DNA of 64,000 nt from Nitrososphaerales archaeon. Its GTDB lineage: Archaea; Thermoproteota; Nitrososphaeria; Nitrososphaerales; UBA213. Positions 20,595 through 31,793 of this stretch are shown here, piece after piece; the first letter of the stretch is position 1, and every line of letters starts with the position of its first letter. A program made the translations under genes and the position numbers. The notes beneath the pieces are model-generated. The model did no database searches. It worked only from the letters and a program-made list of their open reading frames with translations, and had not been told where the DNA came from. The DNA is taken from NCBI GenBank assembly GCA_965197925.1, contig CBDAOC010000019.1, positions 480,001 through 544,000 of the forward strand, written 5' to 3'.

Positions 20595-20939
20595 TCAGTT
20601 ATTAATATTTTCTTCCTCGTTTATTTCTTCCAAGATCTCTGACATATCAAAGCCAATTGTATCGTCTATAGATATTACGGATATTCTAAATGGCTTGTTG
20701 CACAATTTACCAAGCTCCATTGACGTATGATTTAGATTATGTATTGGAATATTTCCAGCTTTCGCCAATTGTTCTATTTTGCTTTTCACTTCTACAGATA
20801 GTGATTTTGAACACACTATCAATTTTGAATTCTTGACCGAGCGTAAGACTGCCTTCCCTCCTATCTTGCATTTGTCGTTCGATAATGAATCCTTAATAAA
20901 TTTCGCAAGAGGTTTATTCATTTTAGTTAATCCACTCAT
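20595..20939 (-). CDS. rpl30e: 50S ribosomal protein L30e (L7Ae family)
   Basis: IGGK.V, SMELGKLCNKPFRISVI; gene order upstream of nusA. Confidence 0.88.
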   Translation of the reverse strand: MSGLTKMNKPLAKFIKDSLSNDKCKIGGKAVLRSVKNSKLIVCSKSLSVEVKSKIEQLAKAGNIPIHNLNHTSMELGKLCNKPFRISVISIDDTIGFDMSEILEEINEEENINN

Positions 20940-21014
20940 TTACTTTAATCAGAATCATCAAGTCCAATATGTAAAGTTCGTCTAGATACCCATCTATATA
21001 TGTTGATTTATTTA

Positions 21015-21260
21015 GGAGCCATCTTAAACCTCCTCATTGCCTTATGAACTCTTCTAGATGTTGAAATCCCACCAATACTTTTCTAATAATCTTTCATAAC
21101 GTAACGATAATTTCCTGAACCTTCCCTTCAGCCAAGGGAAGAACATTTCTATATATCATTTATTCCTTTTGAACTCATCATCATCCTACACAACCGGAAT
21201 CTTAGGATCCTTCCTCCTCTTATTTTACGGTCTAGCTATATTGTCTATACTAGCCTTTAT
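21015..21260 (-). mobile_element. IS5-family transposase 3' remnant
   Basis: Minus strand reads IEMFFPWLKGRFRKLSLRYER. Confidence 0.65.
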
Positions 21261-21268
21261 ATTTAGAT

Positions 21269-21890
21269 GAGCTTTGGGCGTAATTCTAATCCATTTTACC
21301 TTATTACAAAATCTAGTTTAGATTCAATGTTTAGGTTCTTCTGCAGGGAGATTCTCTGATATGAATCCCCATAGAGCATCTGTATCTATATCTGAACCTG
21401 ATACTTCATTCTTCTTCGTGTTTGATCTATGCCATACATGCCCTTTTGCTTTCATCAATGAACTGTCAACGGATATTATGGCTGGGTCTACCAACCCATC
21501 TTTTATGAAGAGCATACCCATAGAGCATCTATCCTTGATCTAATGTCAATTGATAATACCTTAAACCTTCTATCAAAAGTCATTCTATCTGGCAATCTAT
21601 CCAAACCACATACTTCCATCGCCTTCCTCTTGTATAGCATATCTATCAAAAAGTATTAATGAAAAGCATTGTTGCTTGTTATTACTAACCATTCTCTAAC
21701 GATAAACCATCTTTACATTACTGTTGGTGAATAGTAGAATGGTCTGTCCCTTTTCTTATTGGGTTTTAGCCAAGAATTCACATTGATTAAAGATAATATG
21801 CGAAGGAGTATGGGGTGTGTTCTAAACATATCAACGAAAAAAATGGAACCTGATCTTATCGTTTCGAGCTACTTAATTATGCCCAGCCTC
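21269..21890 (-). mobile_element. internally deleted relative of the 22868-23961 IS
   Basis: Ends GAGCTTTGGGCGTAATT and AATTATGCCCAGCCTC; peptide MGMLFIKDGLVDPAIISVDSS shared. Confidence 0.85.
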
Positions 21891-22190
21891 AACTAATTGG
21901 TACACCGATTGTTTTTCATATATGCTTGCAGTAACCCCCGATTCGAACAAATTAAACAGCTGCAAGCCTTTAGCAGTGATTTTGTAACCCTTAAAAGTTG
22001 ATTCTATCTCTTCAATCATACCAACTGTTGTGAGCCAATTAATATATCGGGTTAATTGGTAGAAATTTAATTTTGCTTTGTACATTATATGAGTTTTCCT
22101 CACAGGAGTTCTAGTGATATCTAGGATTGTCAACATTATGTTGAATTTATCCCGTTTGTTTGATTTTTGAGGTTGAATCATCAACCTCAT
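21873..22190 (-). CDS. winged-helix protein (DUF4364-like)
   Basis: KRDKF.I...IL....RKTHIMYKA.LN..QL..Y...L...G.I....Y.IT.KG; the stop lies in the IS end. Confidence 0.85.
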   Translation of the reverse strand: MRLMIQPQKSNKRDKFNIMLTILDITRTPVRKTHIMYKAKLNFYQLTRYINWLTTVGMIEEIESTFKGYKITAKGLQLFNLFESGVTASIYEKQSVYQLVEAGHN

Positions 22191-22617
22191 AAGTTGTGTC
22201 TAACATTGTTAAAATATTTGGTCTATAAGTTTCAGGTATAGGTAAATTTCAGGTATAGGTAAACAAATTTCCAGCGAAGTAGATTAATAAGTTCAAGTCT
22301 ATGCTTAACCCAATAAACCGTGGCGGTTATTCCATTGAGAAAATTGTAGAGAATATAAACAATAAGAATATACGATTAAGGGGAATCTTGAACCTAATTC
22401 AATACTTCTAAATAACGATGAATCCTAAACGATGAAGTACTAGAATTAAAGGTAAGAATGCAAGAGGTATTTCTCTTTTACTTCCTTAGACTATAACATT
22501 GTTCATTGATAAAGTGAAGATAGGTGATTTTATAATTAAAATTTAAAAAAATTATTCGCGGAAAAACTAAAGTTAAACCAAAGCTCTTATAACACTTCTC
22601 AAGAATAGATTTGTGAA

Positions 22618-24412
22618 ATGATAATCAAATTATTGATTCTTGCAATAATCATAATTCCATTGAGCCCAAGTCTTGTTCCAGTTTTTGCAAATCATATTGG
22701 TGGACATCCAAAGCTTGTTCCAACCAGTCTTGTATTAGATCAGCTTCCAGAATGTACGAATTCAGTTCAATGTAATGCAACATTATTAGTGGGTGATATT
22801 GTCACTTTTACTGGGACATTGACAGACAATCAAGGAGAATTTATTTCTGATGCACAAGTAAATATTTGAGGCTTGGGTATAATTTAGTTCGAAACGATAA
22901 GATCAGGTTCCAGTTTTTATTGTTAATGTGTTTAGCTTATACTCCATACTTCTTCGTATATTATTTTTGATTGACGTGATTCCTTGGACAAAACCTCTTA
23001 AGAAGAGAGGTAAACCCTACTACTATTCTCCTACAGTTATGGTGAGATGCTTCATCGTTAGAGTATGGGTAAGAATACCAAGCAACAATGCTTTGCATGA
23101 ATATTTTTCGATAGATATGCCATACAACAGGAAGGTAATGAAGGCATGTGGTCTTGATAGGTTGCCAGACAGAAGAACATTCGACAGAAGGTCAAGGCCG
23201 TATCAATTGACATAAGATCAAGGATAGGTGCTATGGGTATGCTCTTCATAAAAGATGGGTTGGTAGACCCAGCCATAATATCCGTTGACAGTTCATTGTT
23301 GAAAGCAAAGGGACATGTATGGCACAAATCTAGCATGAAGAAGAATGAAGTGCCACGCTCCGGTATAGATACAGATGCTCGATGGGGCTACAGCAGAACC
23401 AAGGGATGGGTATTCGGATACAAGATGCATCTAGCATGTAGCACAGGTTCGTTGATAGTTCCATTATCAGCTGATTTCACAACAGCTAACATTACTGATA
23501 ACAAGATGTATGAAAGCATAACATCTTCATTGCCTACAGGAATGGTAAGGTATGTTGTAGGAGATGAAGGATATGATGATCACAAGTTATGTGATTTCAG
23601 CAGGTATAGAGGGCATCTACTGGTATTCCCATTGGAAAGGTATAGGCATACTACAGATAATAATAGACTGGCATTGCTGCAGTTCTATAACTCTGAATTT
23701 GGACAGCATGTATATTCTCGGAGGAGCATAAGCGTTGAGCCATTGATAGAGCATATGAAGGATGTATTTACCATAGATCCATTGCCAGTTAGAGGATTTG
23801 ATAAGGTAAGGAGTATAGTATTGTTATCAGTATTGTTGTATCAGGTAATGGTTTACTACAACTACTTGACAGGAAGGCCTCTTAGGGCATTGAAGCACAT
23901 GTTGGGAAGCTAATAGTAATAATTTCAAAATAATATTATAATTGAATTATGCCCAAGTCTCAAATATTTACAGATTTACAGCCACATCTATGCAATTGCT
24001 AGCATCAACCATTACAGAACTCGATGGTACATTTAATACAACATGGACAACACAGTTTTTGGATAAGAACAGAGCAGGTGAAACCTTTGATCAACAGATC
24101 AGTGAGATTTTAATTTTATTTGCAAAGTTTGAAGGCGATAATAGATATGCAACTGCACAATCAGACAAGATGATGGTCACTATAAAAATAAAAGATATGA
24201 TCACAGTTGCTGCTACGGATAAGTTATTGTATCAAAGCGGAAACATTGCAATAATATTTGTCAATCTTATCGAGATGGATGATAGTAGTGAGAAAATACG
24301 ATATGGCAATTTTGTCGAGCCAGATAACATGAGAGTTACTTACGATAACGAAACGGTACACCTTTCAAAGAAGAAGCTAGGCTCATATATACCTTTATTA
24401 CTCCACCATTGA
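22618..24412 (+). pseudogene. secreted Ig-like protein interrupted by an IS
   Basis: Removing the IS and one TSD copy joins ...DAQVNI to YRFTAT... in frame; a further frameshift likely near 24390. Confidence 0.85.
22868..23961 (+). mobile_element. IS with DDE_Tnp_1-type transposase (frameshifted, 22928-23913)
   Basis: Imperfect 17-bp TIRs GAGGCTTGGGTATAATT; 8-bp TSD AAATATTT (22860-22867 and 23962-23969); motifs VDSS, D.DARWG, GYKMH, GDEGYD, R..VE. Confidence 0.92.
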
Positions 24413-25081
24413 CTGTAGGGCATCATCAATTAGTGATCAATCCTCTAAGGGAGGGCTATAACAGCAGCCTCGGATTTATTACTGTACAGGTATCTGGATT
24501 CTTTGGAAAATAACATTGATACAATCTTTACGACCATTAATTTATACCGAATTAAATAGTTAGCATAAAGGAAAAGGGGTATCAAGTTTATTCGAGCCCC
24601 AGAATTAAATTGATTGTCATAAATTGACCAAGATTCAAGCTGCTTCCTTTTTATCCTCAATAGGAAAGCTTGAAAAATGCTTCTTCAGTGCTATCTATGG
24701 CCTACACATCTGAATTATTCTAAGAACCCAATCTTCAGAAGCAATCTAACCTGTTATTTCTACAAACTCTCTTAAGCTTCGATATTGTATCCAAATCTTA
24801 TTAGGGAACTAAAAGATCCATGATCTGCATTTTAATTGAATTCATGATAAGGTAACTTTGATTCTTTTTTATTACAGATTCTACATTGATATAGTTACGG
24901 AACCAACAATTACAATATGACCATGCGCTCAACCTATACCTTGCCAACCTATTCTCTTCTGTAAGAATTCCTAGGAATTTTTTTCTGCCGACCATTCTAC
25001 AAAACTGACTTGTTCCTATTATCCCCTTCAGGCATAATTATTCATGTACAATTACTAGTCGATGAAATCTGTGGGATATAT

Positions 25082-26032
25082 TCATCGCTTATTCTCTTTT
25101 ATCAATTCTTTGATTGTACGCACTATGTTATCTGCCTTCAGACCATACTTGGACAACAGCTGATCATGCTCGCCTGATTCTCCAAATGTATCCCTGACCC
25201 CAATTCTCCTTATTGGTGTAGGCAAGCTCTCACCAAGAACTTCGGCTACCGCTGATCCTAACCCACCATAAATATTATGCTCCTCTGTAGTAACTATAAA
25301 ACCAGTATCCCTTGCCGCTTTCAATATGTAAGAATTTTCAACTGGTTTTATTGTAAACATGTCAATTACCCTACAAGAAATTCCATTTTCTTTTAATAAG
25401 TCTGATGCTTCCATCGCTTCAGCTACCATTAGTCCACATGCAATTACTGTTACATCGCTTCCATCTCTTAAAGTATTACTCTTTCCAAGTTTTAGATCTA
25501 TTTTTTCCTTTTCATAAATGAGAGGAGACTTGGGTCTTGCCAAGCGCATATACACTGGGCCGTTCATTTCTGCAATGAGATGAACTAATTCCCTAGTAGC
25601 TATCTCATCCGAAGGTACAATCACCCCCATATTTGGTATTGCTCTCATTATTGCAATGTCTTCTATCTGTTGATGTGACCCCCCATCTGGACCAACGCTC
25701 AGACCCGCATGGGATACAACAATTTTCACATTAATCTGCTCGTAGGCTACAGTGTTTCTTATCTGATCAACACACTTCCCTGGGATAAAAGCTGCATAAG
25801 TGCTTGCAAAAGGCACTTTCCCTGAAAGTGCTAATCCTGCAGCTACGGAGACAATATTTGATTCTGCTATACCCACATTGAAAAACCTCTCAGGATACTT
25901 ACTGCCAAACAAATCAGTCTTCACCGATTGAGTAGTATCACCTCCAACAACAACCACATTTCTTTTTGCCGCACCAATTTCTACAAGGGCTTCACTATAT
26001 CCAGTACGCATATCACCCATGGGTATTGCCAA
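25082..26032 (-). CDS. transketolase C-terminal subunit
   Basis: RFFNVGIAE, GPDGGSHQ.IED, GPVYMRL, EEH...GGLG. Confidence 0.95.
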   Translation of the reverse strand: MAIPMGDMRTGYSEALVEIGAAKRNVVVVGGDTTQSVKTDLFGSKYPERFFNVGIAESNIVSVAAGLALSGKVPFASTYAAFIPGKCVDQIRNTVAYEQINVKIVVSHAGLSVGPDGGSHQQIEDIAIMRAIPNMGVIVPSDEIATRELVHLIAEMNGPVYMRLARPKSPLIYEKEKIDLKLGKSNTLRDGSDVTVIACGLMVAEAMEASDLLKENGISCRVIDMFTIKPVENSYILKAARDTGFIVTTEEHNIYGGLGSAVAEVLGESLPTPIRRIGVRDTFGESGEHDQLLSKYGLKADNIVRTIKELIKENKR

Positions 26033-26038
26033 TTTTTG

Positions 26039-26722
26039 TCAGAACTCCTTGATTGCAGGAAATGCCTTTTCCTTTAATTCTTTAATTGCCATTTGTACAT
26101 CAGACTGACCACAAACTGCGTTACCAGCGACAAGTATTCTTGTGCCTGCCCGAACTAAATCATATACATTTGAGGTATCGACCCCGCCATCTGCTTCAAT
26201 TTCTGTAGAAGCATTACTCTCACGAATGATTTGATCTATCTTATTAATTTTGGGAAGAATTTCTGTCATAAATTTCTGACCAGAGAATCCTGGCTGTACA
26301 GACATCACATTGAGCAAAAAAAGAGAACCCAAATTGTTGACAACCCACTTTGGAATTTCAGTCTCAGGCTTAATTGCTATCCCAGTCTTTACTCCATTTT
26401 CATCCAACCTTTTTATAATCTTAGCAAAAGTTTGTTCTGTGCATACCTCTACATGTACCGAAATGATATCACAGCCAGCATCTATGAAACTATCAAGATA
26501 TCGCAAAGGATCAGATATCATCAGGTGTGCATCAAATGGTAATTTGCTATACTTACGCAGTGCCTTAATAGTTCCAGGACCGAAGGTGATGTTCGGCGCA
26601 AATTGTCCATCTATTACATCCAAATGTACAACATCTGCACCCCCAATTTCTACCCTTTCAACCTCCTTGCGAAGCTCACCAAGATCTCCTGCAAGAACAG
26701 AAGGTGCAATTTTTATTGTCAT
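26039..26722 (-). CDS. rpe: ribulose-phosphate 3-epimerase
   Basis: IAPSVL, HLDVIDG.F.PNITFG, DAHLM, MSV.PGFSGQ, EADGGV. Confidence 0.97.
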   Translation of the reverse strand: MTIKIAPSVLAGDLGELRKEVERVEIGGADVVHLDVIDGQFAPNITFGPGTIKALRKYSKLPFDAHLMISDPLRYLDSFIDAGCDIISVHVEVCTEQTFAKIIKRLDENGVKTGIAIKPETEIPKWVVNNLGSLFLLNVMSVQPGFSGQKFMTEILPKINKIDQIIRESNASTEIEADGGVDTSNVYDLVRAGTRILVAGNAVCGQSDVQMAIKELKEKAFPAIKEF

Positions 26723-27540
26723 AAACCCAATTCTTCCTTGAATATCTTATCCAATGATTCCTTCTTTGGGGCCTTTCCATGCCACTCCGGAGACCACTCC
26801 ATGAATGACACACCCTTACCCTTGGTTGTATGTGCAATGATCACCGTTGGTCTGTTGATAGTGTTCTCTGCTTTCTCAATTGCATTGATTATCTGCTCAA
26901 AGTTGTATCCATCGATCTGTAAAACATTCCAATTAAATGCCTTCCATTTCGCAGCCAGTGGTTCCAATGGCATTATCTGCTCTGTTAAACCATCTTGCTG
27001 TATACCGTTCCTATCTATAATTGCAGTAAGATTTTCTAGTCTATATTTTGCCGCAGTCAAAGCGGCCTCCCAAACCTGCCCTTCCTGTAATTCACCGTCA
27101 CCCATAAGCGTGTATATTCTATGACTCTTATTATCCAATCTTGCTGCAAGAGCCATTCCCACCGCAACAGACAACCCGATTCCCAAAGAGCCACCAGGGT
27201 ATTCTACCCCCGGTGTTTTAAAATCAGGATGTCCCTGTAACCTGCTATTGATTTTTCTGAACGTCTTAAGCTCTTCCAAGGGAAAATAACCGGCCTGTGC
27301 AAGTATTGAAAACAATAATGGAGATGCATGTCCTTTGGATAGTATAAATCTGTCCCTGTCATCCCAGAAAGGATTTTTAGGATCATGCTTCATTTTGTAA
27401 AAATAAAGTGAGACAAGTATTTCTACTGCAGACAAAGAACCGCCTGGATGACCCGAACCCGCTTCTGCAACAGTCTCCAAGATCAGTTTTCTTGTATTCT
27501 TTGATATTTCTCTCAATTTAATTATATCTTGGCTCTCCAT
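26719..27540 (-). CDS. transketolase N-terminal subunit
   Basis: SGHPGGSLS, RDRFILSKGH, LQGHP, GDGELQEG, HT.KGKG. Confidence 0.96.
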   Translation of the reverse strand: MESQDIIKLREISKNTRKLILETVAEAGSGHPGGSLSAVEILVSLYFYKMKHDPKNPFWDDRDRFILSKGHASPLLFSILAQAGYFPLEELKTFRKINSRLQGHPDFKTPGVEYPGGSLGIGLSVAVGMALAARLDNKSHRIYTLMGDGELQEGQVWEAALTAAKYRLENLTAIIDRNGIQQDGLTEQIMPLEPLAAKWKAFNWNVLQIDGYNFEQIINAIEKAENTINRPTVIIAHTTKGKGVSFMEWSPEWHGKAPKKESLDKIFKEELGL

Positions 27541-27545
27541 TGAAA

Positions 27546-28586
27546 TTACCTGTGCAATGGCACCTGCGTCACATTTTGTTCAAGAATTTTATCATCATAA
27601 AGATAATCATCAAAGAGTTTAGTTGAAAGAACAAGAGTTCTTGCCCCCGCATTACTTATCGCAGCAGCGATATTACTTAGGATAGATGCTTCAAGTACGT
27701 TGGCATCTTTGGTTATTGACAAAGTAAGTATAGCCATCATCCCATCCCTTATGCCTATAGCCCTTCTGAACTCCTTGGACGGTTTCAGCGAGAGTATCTG
27801 AATCATATTATTACCCTCAAATACGGTAATTCCTTTTGCTCCACTTGTTAAAATAAGCGATTTGCATTCGATCTTTGTCATTAGATTAATTCCGATGTTA
27901 TGTAGGCTTGATTCATTTAAAATCGATATACCAGTGGCCCTGCTAGCTTCCTTAATATTTGATTTTACACATGTAAAACCTATAAAGTCCATATAGTGCT
28001 TGACTTTTGGCTGTCCCACTATAGGAATGTTCTGTTCCTCTGTAAAATTTACACAATGATTTGTCAATCTTGGTGTTATTGTTCCCTTGTCATAATCGGA
28101 AATAGCCACACAGTCAACCTTACCAAGATTTGAGTTAACCGCATTGATTAGTTCACCTGTAATATTTTTATCCACATCCCCCCTGACCTCTCTGTCAATC
28201 CTAAAATGCTGCCTGTCGTCAAGGAAGTACCTCCTCTTGAGGGTGGTCGCTCTAGAAGTAGTAACTATACCACTGGTATCTATGTTTTGATTTTTCAACA
28301 TTTTTTTCAGCCTTTCACCCTCATAATCATCGCCCACTATGCCAACGACAGATACACGCCCTCCTAAGGATGCAATATTGGCAGCAAGATTTGCTCCTCC
28401 AGCGGGATAGGAATTCTCTGCAGTAACGTCACTAACAGGAATAGGAGCTTCCCTAGAAAGTTTCTTGGCAATAGTTTCCACATAGTGATCTACCATCAAA
28501 TCACCTACCACCATAACCCTAATGCCTGAAATTCCCTTTAGTATCTCCTTTAATCTATCCTTGGAATTAAAGGCCACCTTAATCAC
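27546..28586 (-). CDS. PfkB-family kinase, RfaE/HldE kinase-domain-like
   Basis: VVGDLMVD.Y, LSREAPIPV, GG.N.AAN..SLGG, SDYDKG; GAGD motif reads GIRD. Confidence 0.82.
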   Translation of the reverse strand: MIKVAFNSKDRLKEILKGISGIRVMVVGDLMVDHYVETIAKKLSREAPIPVSDVTAENSYPAGGANLAANIASLGGRVSVVGIVGDDYEGERLKKMLKNQNIDTSGIVTTSRATTLKRRYFLDDRQHFRIDREVRGDVDKNITGELINAVNSNLGKVDCVAISDYDKGTITPRLTNHCVNFTEEQNIPIVGQPKVKHYMDFIGFTCVKSNIKEASRATGISILNESSLHNIGINLMTKIECKSLILTSGAKGITVFEGNNMIQILSLKPSKEFRRAIGIRDGMMAILTLSITKDANVLEASILSNIAAAISNAGARTLVLSTKLFDDYLYDDKILEQNVTQVPLHR

Positions 28587-28708
28587 TTGTAAAATAATGT
28601 CTCTTTATGCAAAATAAAAAGGTATTGCCATATTCTGATACATTCAAGAAATAATGGTTTCAACCAAGGTTTAAATGTACAGACCTCGATTTCTATTATA
28701 GGTATAAA

Positions 28709-29107
28709 ATGGTACTTCTAATATACGATAATAAATGTTATTTATGTGGAAAGTTTGCACGGACTGCAAGAAGGTTATCAAGAGAAAGTGTGGATATAGT
28801 TGGACATTACGATGAGCTAGGTATTTCTACAAAGAATAAGATTTTTCCTGGGGGATTTGATCCAAACACGATGTTCTGGATTGTTAAAGATGATCAGGCA
28901 TTTGGTGGTAGAGCAGGATTAATCCCTCTAGTAATCGAAATTATTAAGGATATATTCAGACCCTCAAGGAAAAACAATACATACAGAATAGAGATGAAAT
29001 GTTCCAATAAAGAATTATCATGTAACAAACCCACGGAATTCATAAGAAGAATATTAGGCCTAATGAAGAACGGAAAGAAAATTGAGATAGGAAAATTAAA
29101 GAAATAA
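28709..29107 (+). CDS. DCC1/DUF393-like thiol-disulfide oxidoreductase
   Basis: N-terminal LIYDNKCYLC (D.CxxC) motif. Confidence 0.7.
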   Translation: MVLLIYDNKCYLCGKFARTARRLSRESVDIVGHYDELGISTKNKIFPGGFDPNTMFWIVKDDQAFGGRAGLIPLVIEIIKDIFRPSRKNNTYRIEMKCSNKELSCNKPTEFIRRILGLMKNGKKIEIGKLKK

Positions 29108-29119
29108 GTAACGTTTTGC

Positions 29120-29577
29120 TTTATCGAGATCTTTTCTACCTTTGCTTTAGTATTAGTATCTTCCCATGTATTTGATCCAATCCATTGGCACTCTGATAAG
29201 TCATATCTACAATGCCAACCTAGACAATATTGATATAATTAGTTTCGCCAGATGTAACTGGCCAGTAGATGCTCCTGTCTCTGTCACCATAATGTTATAC
29301 GTGTTTCTATCGTTGTTTGTTAATTCAAGCCTCAATATAGCGAATGGTCAAGATGTAAAATCAGGATTTGTCCTTTTTCCTGGATTAACCAACTTATCCC
29401 CCCCCATCTATCGTTTCTTTAGCCACACGAATTACTGATAGAGGGAGTGGTCTGGAGGTCATGCCTGCCCTCCGTAGAAAGTATTCCACCTGTAGTCGTA
29501 TATCAAGCTAGCATAGCTCCTATAGCGATTACCAGTGGTATTCCTGTCCCCATAATTCCCATACTAACTTTGTTCAT
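29120..29577 (-). pseudogene. degraded membrane-anchored/secreted protein
   Basis: MNKVSMGIMGTGIPLVIAIGAMLA followed by an in-frame stop and continuing coding-like sequence. Confidence 0.45.
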
Positions 29578-29685
29578 AAAAAAATTTTAATTAATCAGTA
29601 TATTTAGTTATCCGTCTGATGTAGAGGACAATTGCAAGATACTAAAAATTCCATAATAAAAATTCGTGCGTCGTTTCAAAATAGG

Positions 29686-29800
29686 CACCGGCACCATCGC
29701 TTCCCGACTGCTCACGCAAGTCAGTATCACGATAGCGACGGCAGGTTTGACTTCTGGGATCGGACGAGACCAGGTCGGACCCTGCCGCTATGGCCGGCTG
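29686..29800 (-). rRNA. rrf: 5S rRNA (stand-alone)
   Basis: Reverse complement CCGGCCATAGCGGCAGGG...CCGATCCCAGAAGTCAAACCTGCCG...GGGAAGCGATGGTGCCGG matches the 5S pattern; ends approximate. Confidence 0.92.
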
Positions 29801-30001
29801 AATCAATTTCAGCATAGGGCTAAATTAATCTTTGCTACACAAAATTTGAAGCAAAATTTAAAGAGATGATTTGCGTCGTCTATGAGCTCAAATGGTTATT
29901 GCTTTACTCCATTGGTTAAAGGTAATTTTACGTAAGAAAAGAAGCATAATATCCATTTTCTAGATAGAGATATATGATATCAGTGGTATTGTATAAATAT
30001 T

Positions 30002-31792
30002 ATGAGTCATAGGGTGGCGGTAATAGACGAAGATCTATGCAAACCAAAAAAATGTAATCTTGAATGCATAAACTTCTGCCCGATCAATAAATCTGGTGCT
30101 AAATGTATCTTTCTAGGAGATAATAGTAATAACCAGATTGCGGTAATAGATGAAGATCTATGTAATGGTTGTGGCATCTGTGTCAGAAAATGTCCCTATG
30201 ATGCTATAACGGTAGTTAATCTATCCCATGAAATGAGTGAGTTGAAGGTACACCAATATGGAATAAATTCATTTCGTCTATACAAATTACCTACCCCAAA
30301 GAACGAATCCGTGGTTGGTCTACTTGGTAGAAATGGGATGGGTAAAACGACTATAGTTAATATATTGTCAGGGGTGTTGAAGCCCAACTTGGGGTTAGTT
30401 GAACATGATGCTAATATGGAAGATGTGCTGAAATTCTTTCACGGTACAGAACTAAAATCACATTTCGAAAGGATTTCTAATAATGATATCAAGGCATCAA
30501 TAAAGCCGCAGAAGGTGTATTTGATACCTAAGGTATTCACAGGCACTGCAAAGGAACTTCTTGATAAGCATGATGAAAGAAATACTATTGATGAATTGAC
30601 GGAAGAGCTCGAACTGAAGGATTCTCTTGAGAAATATGTGGGGGAGTTGAGTGGTGGTGAGTTGCAACGGCTATCAGTCGCTATTGCTGCAAATAAAGAG
30701 GCTGATTTTTACTTCTTTGACGAACCCTCATCATACAACGATGTTTACCAACGCTTATCGGTAGCAAGAGTGATACACGCATTGGCAAAACAGGGTAAAA
30801 GTGTTATGGTAGTTGAACATGATATTGCCCTTCTTGATTACCTTAGCGACTACGTTTACGTCCTGCATGGAGAACCGGGTGTGTATGGTATTGTTTCGGG
30901 TATGTTAAGCACTAAAACTGGAATAAACGTATTCTTAGATGGTTATCTACCAAATGTGAATGTAAGGTTTAGAGACAAGGCATTTAGGTTTGAAACTACG
31001 GCTGGAACATTAGATTTTATCCAAAACGAGCTTTTTGCCAAATATTCTGAATTGGAAAAACATTATACGACCTTCAAACTCAGAGTTGCTGCTGGTAAAA
31101 TAAGGAAAGGGGAAGTGATAGGAGTGGTAGGTGCAAATGCTCTGGGCAAGACAACTATGATGAAGATGTTAGCAGGTGTTGAAAAGCCCGATGAGGGGAA
31201 GGTAGAGGTGACAGCTAAGATATCTTACAAACCACAATATCTGAGCCAAGAGTATGAAGGGAATGTTAGATCATTATTTCATACTACATATGGAAGACCG
31301 GTAGAAGGCACAAGTATCGAGGACCAAATACTCCGTCATATGGGAGTCAACAAGTTGTATGACAAGATGGTCATAAACCTAAGCGGTGGAGAGCTTCAGA
31401 AGGTCGCAGTGGTAGAATCCATACTTAGGGAAGCAGACATCTATGCATTTGATGAACCCTCTGCATTCCTTGATGTAGAAGATAGGATTGTACTTGCAAA
31501 GCTTTTACAACGGTTCGTCAGGGGGCAGGGTAAATCTGCAATAATAATAGACCATGATCTCCAATTAATTGACCTAGTATCTGATACTCTCATAGTATTC
31601 TCAGGCATTTCTAGTATTGAAGGCCATTCAACTGAAACAGTTCCTAAGGCGCAAGGAATGAATTTATTTCTGCAGGGACTAGGCTTAACTTATAGAAGAG
31701 ATCCTGATAATAACAGACCTAGGGTAAATAAGATTGACAGCAGACTAGACAAGATTCAAAAAGAATCTGTGAATTATTATTTAACAAAATAA
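30002..31792 (+). CDS. rli: ribosome recycling ATPase ABCE1/RLI
   Basis: Two Fe-S Cys clusters; two Walker A motifs (GRNGMGKT, GANALGKT); LSGGELQ x2; RPRVNK.DS. Confidence 0.97.
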   Translation: MSHRVAVIDEDLCKPKKCNLECINFCPINKSGAKCIFLGDNSNNQIAVIDEDLCNGCGICVRKCPYDAITVVNLSHEMSELKVHQYGINSFRLYKLPTPKNESVVGLLGRNGMGKTTIVNILSGVLKPNLGLVEHDANMEDVLKFFHGTELKSHFERISNNDIKASIKPQKVYLIPKVFTGTAKELLDKHDERNTIDELTEELELKDSLEKYVGELSGGELQRLSVAIAANKEADFYFFDEPSSYNDVYQRLSVARVIHALAKQGKSVMVVEHDIALLDYLSDYVYVLHGEPGVYGIVSGMLSTKTGINVFLDGYLPNVNVRFRDKAFRFETTAGTLDFIQNELFAKYSELEKHYTTFKLRVAAGKIRKGEVIGVVGANALGKTTMMKMLAGVEKPDEGKVEVTAKISYKPQYLSQEYEGNVRSLFHTTYGRPVEGTSIEDQILRHMGVNKLYDKMVINLSGGELQKVAVVESILREADIYAFDEPSAFLDVEDRIVLAKLLQRFVRGQGKSAIIIDHDLQLIDLVSDTLIVFSGISSIEGHSTETVPKAQGMNLFLQGLGLTYRRDPDNNRPRVNKIDSRLDKIQKESVNYYLTK

Positions 31793-31793
31793 A

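Noticed and set aside
29632..29869. ORFs 29632-29817 and 29666-29869
   Set aside because: Antisense to the 5S rRNA
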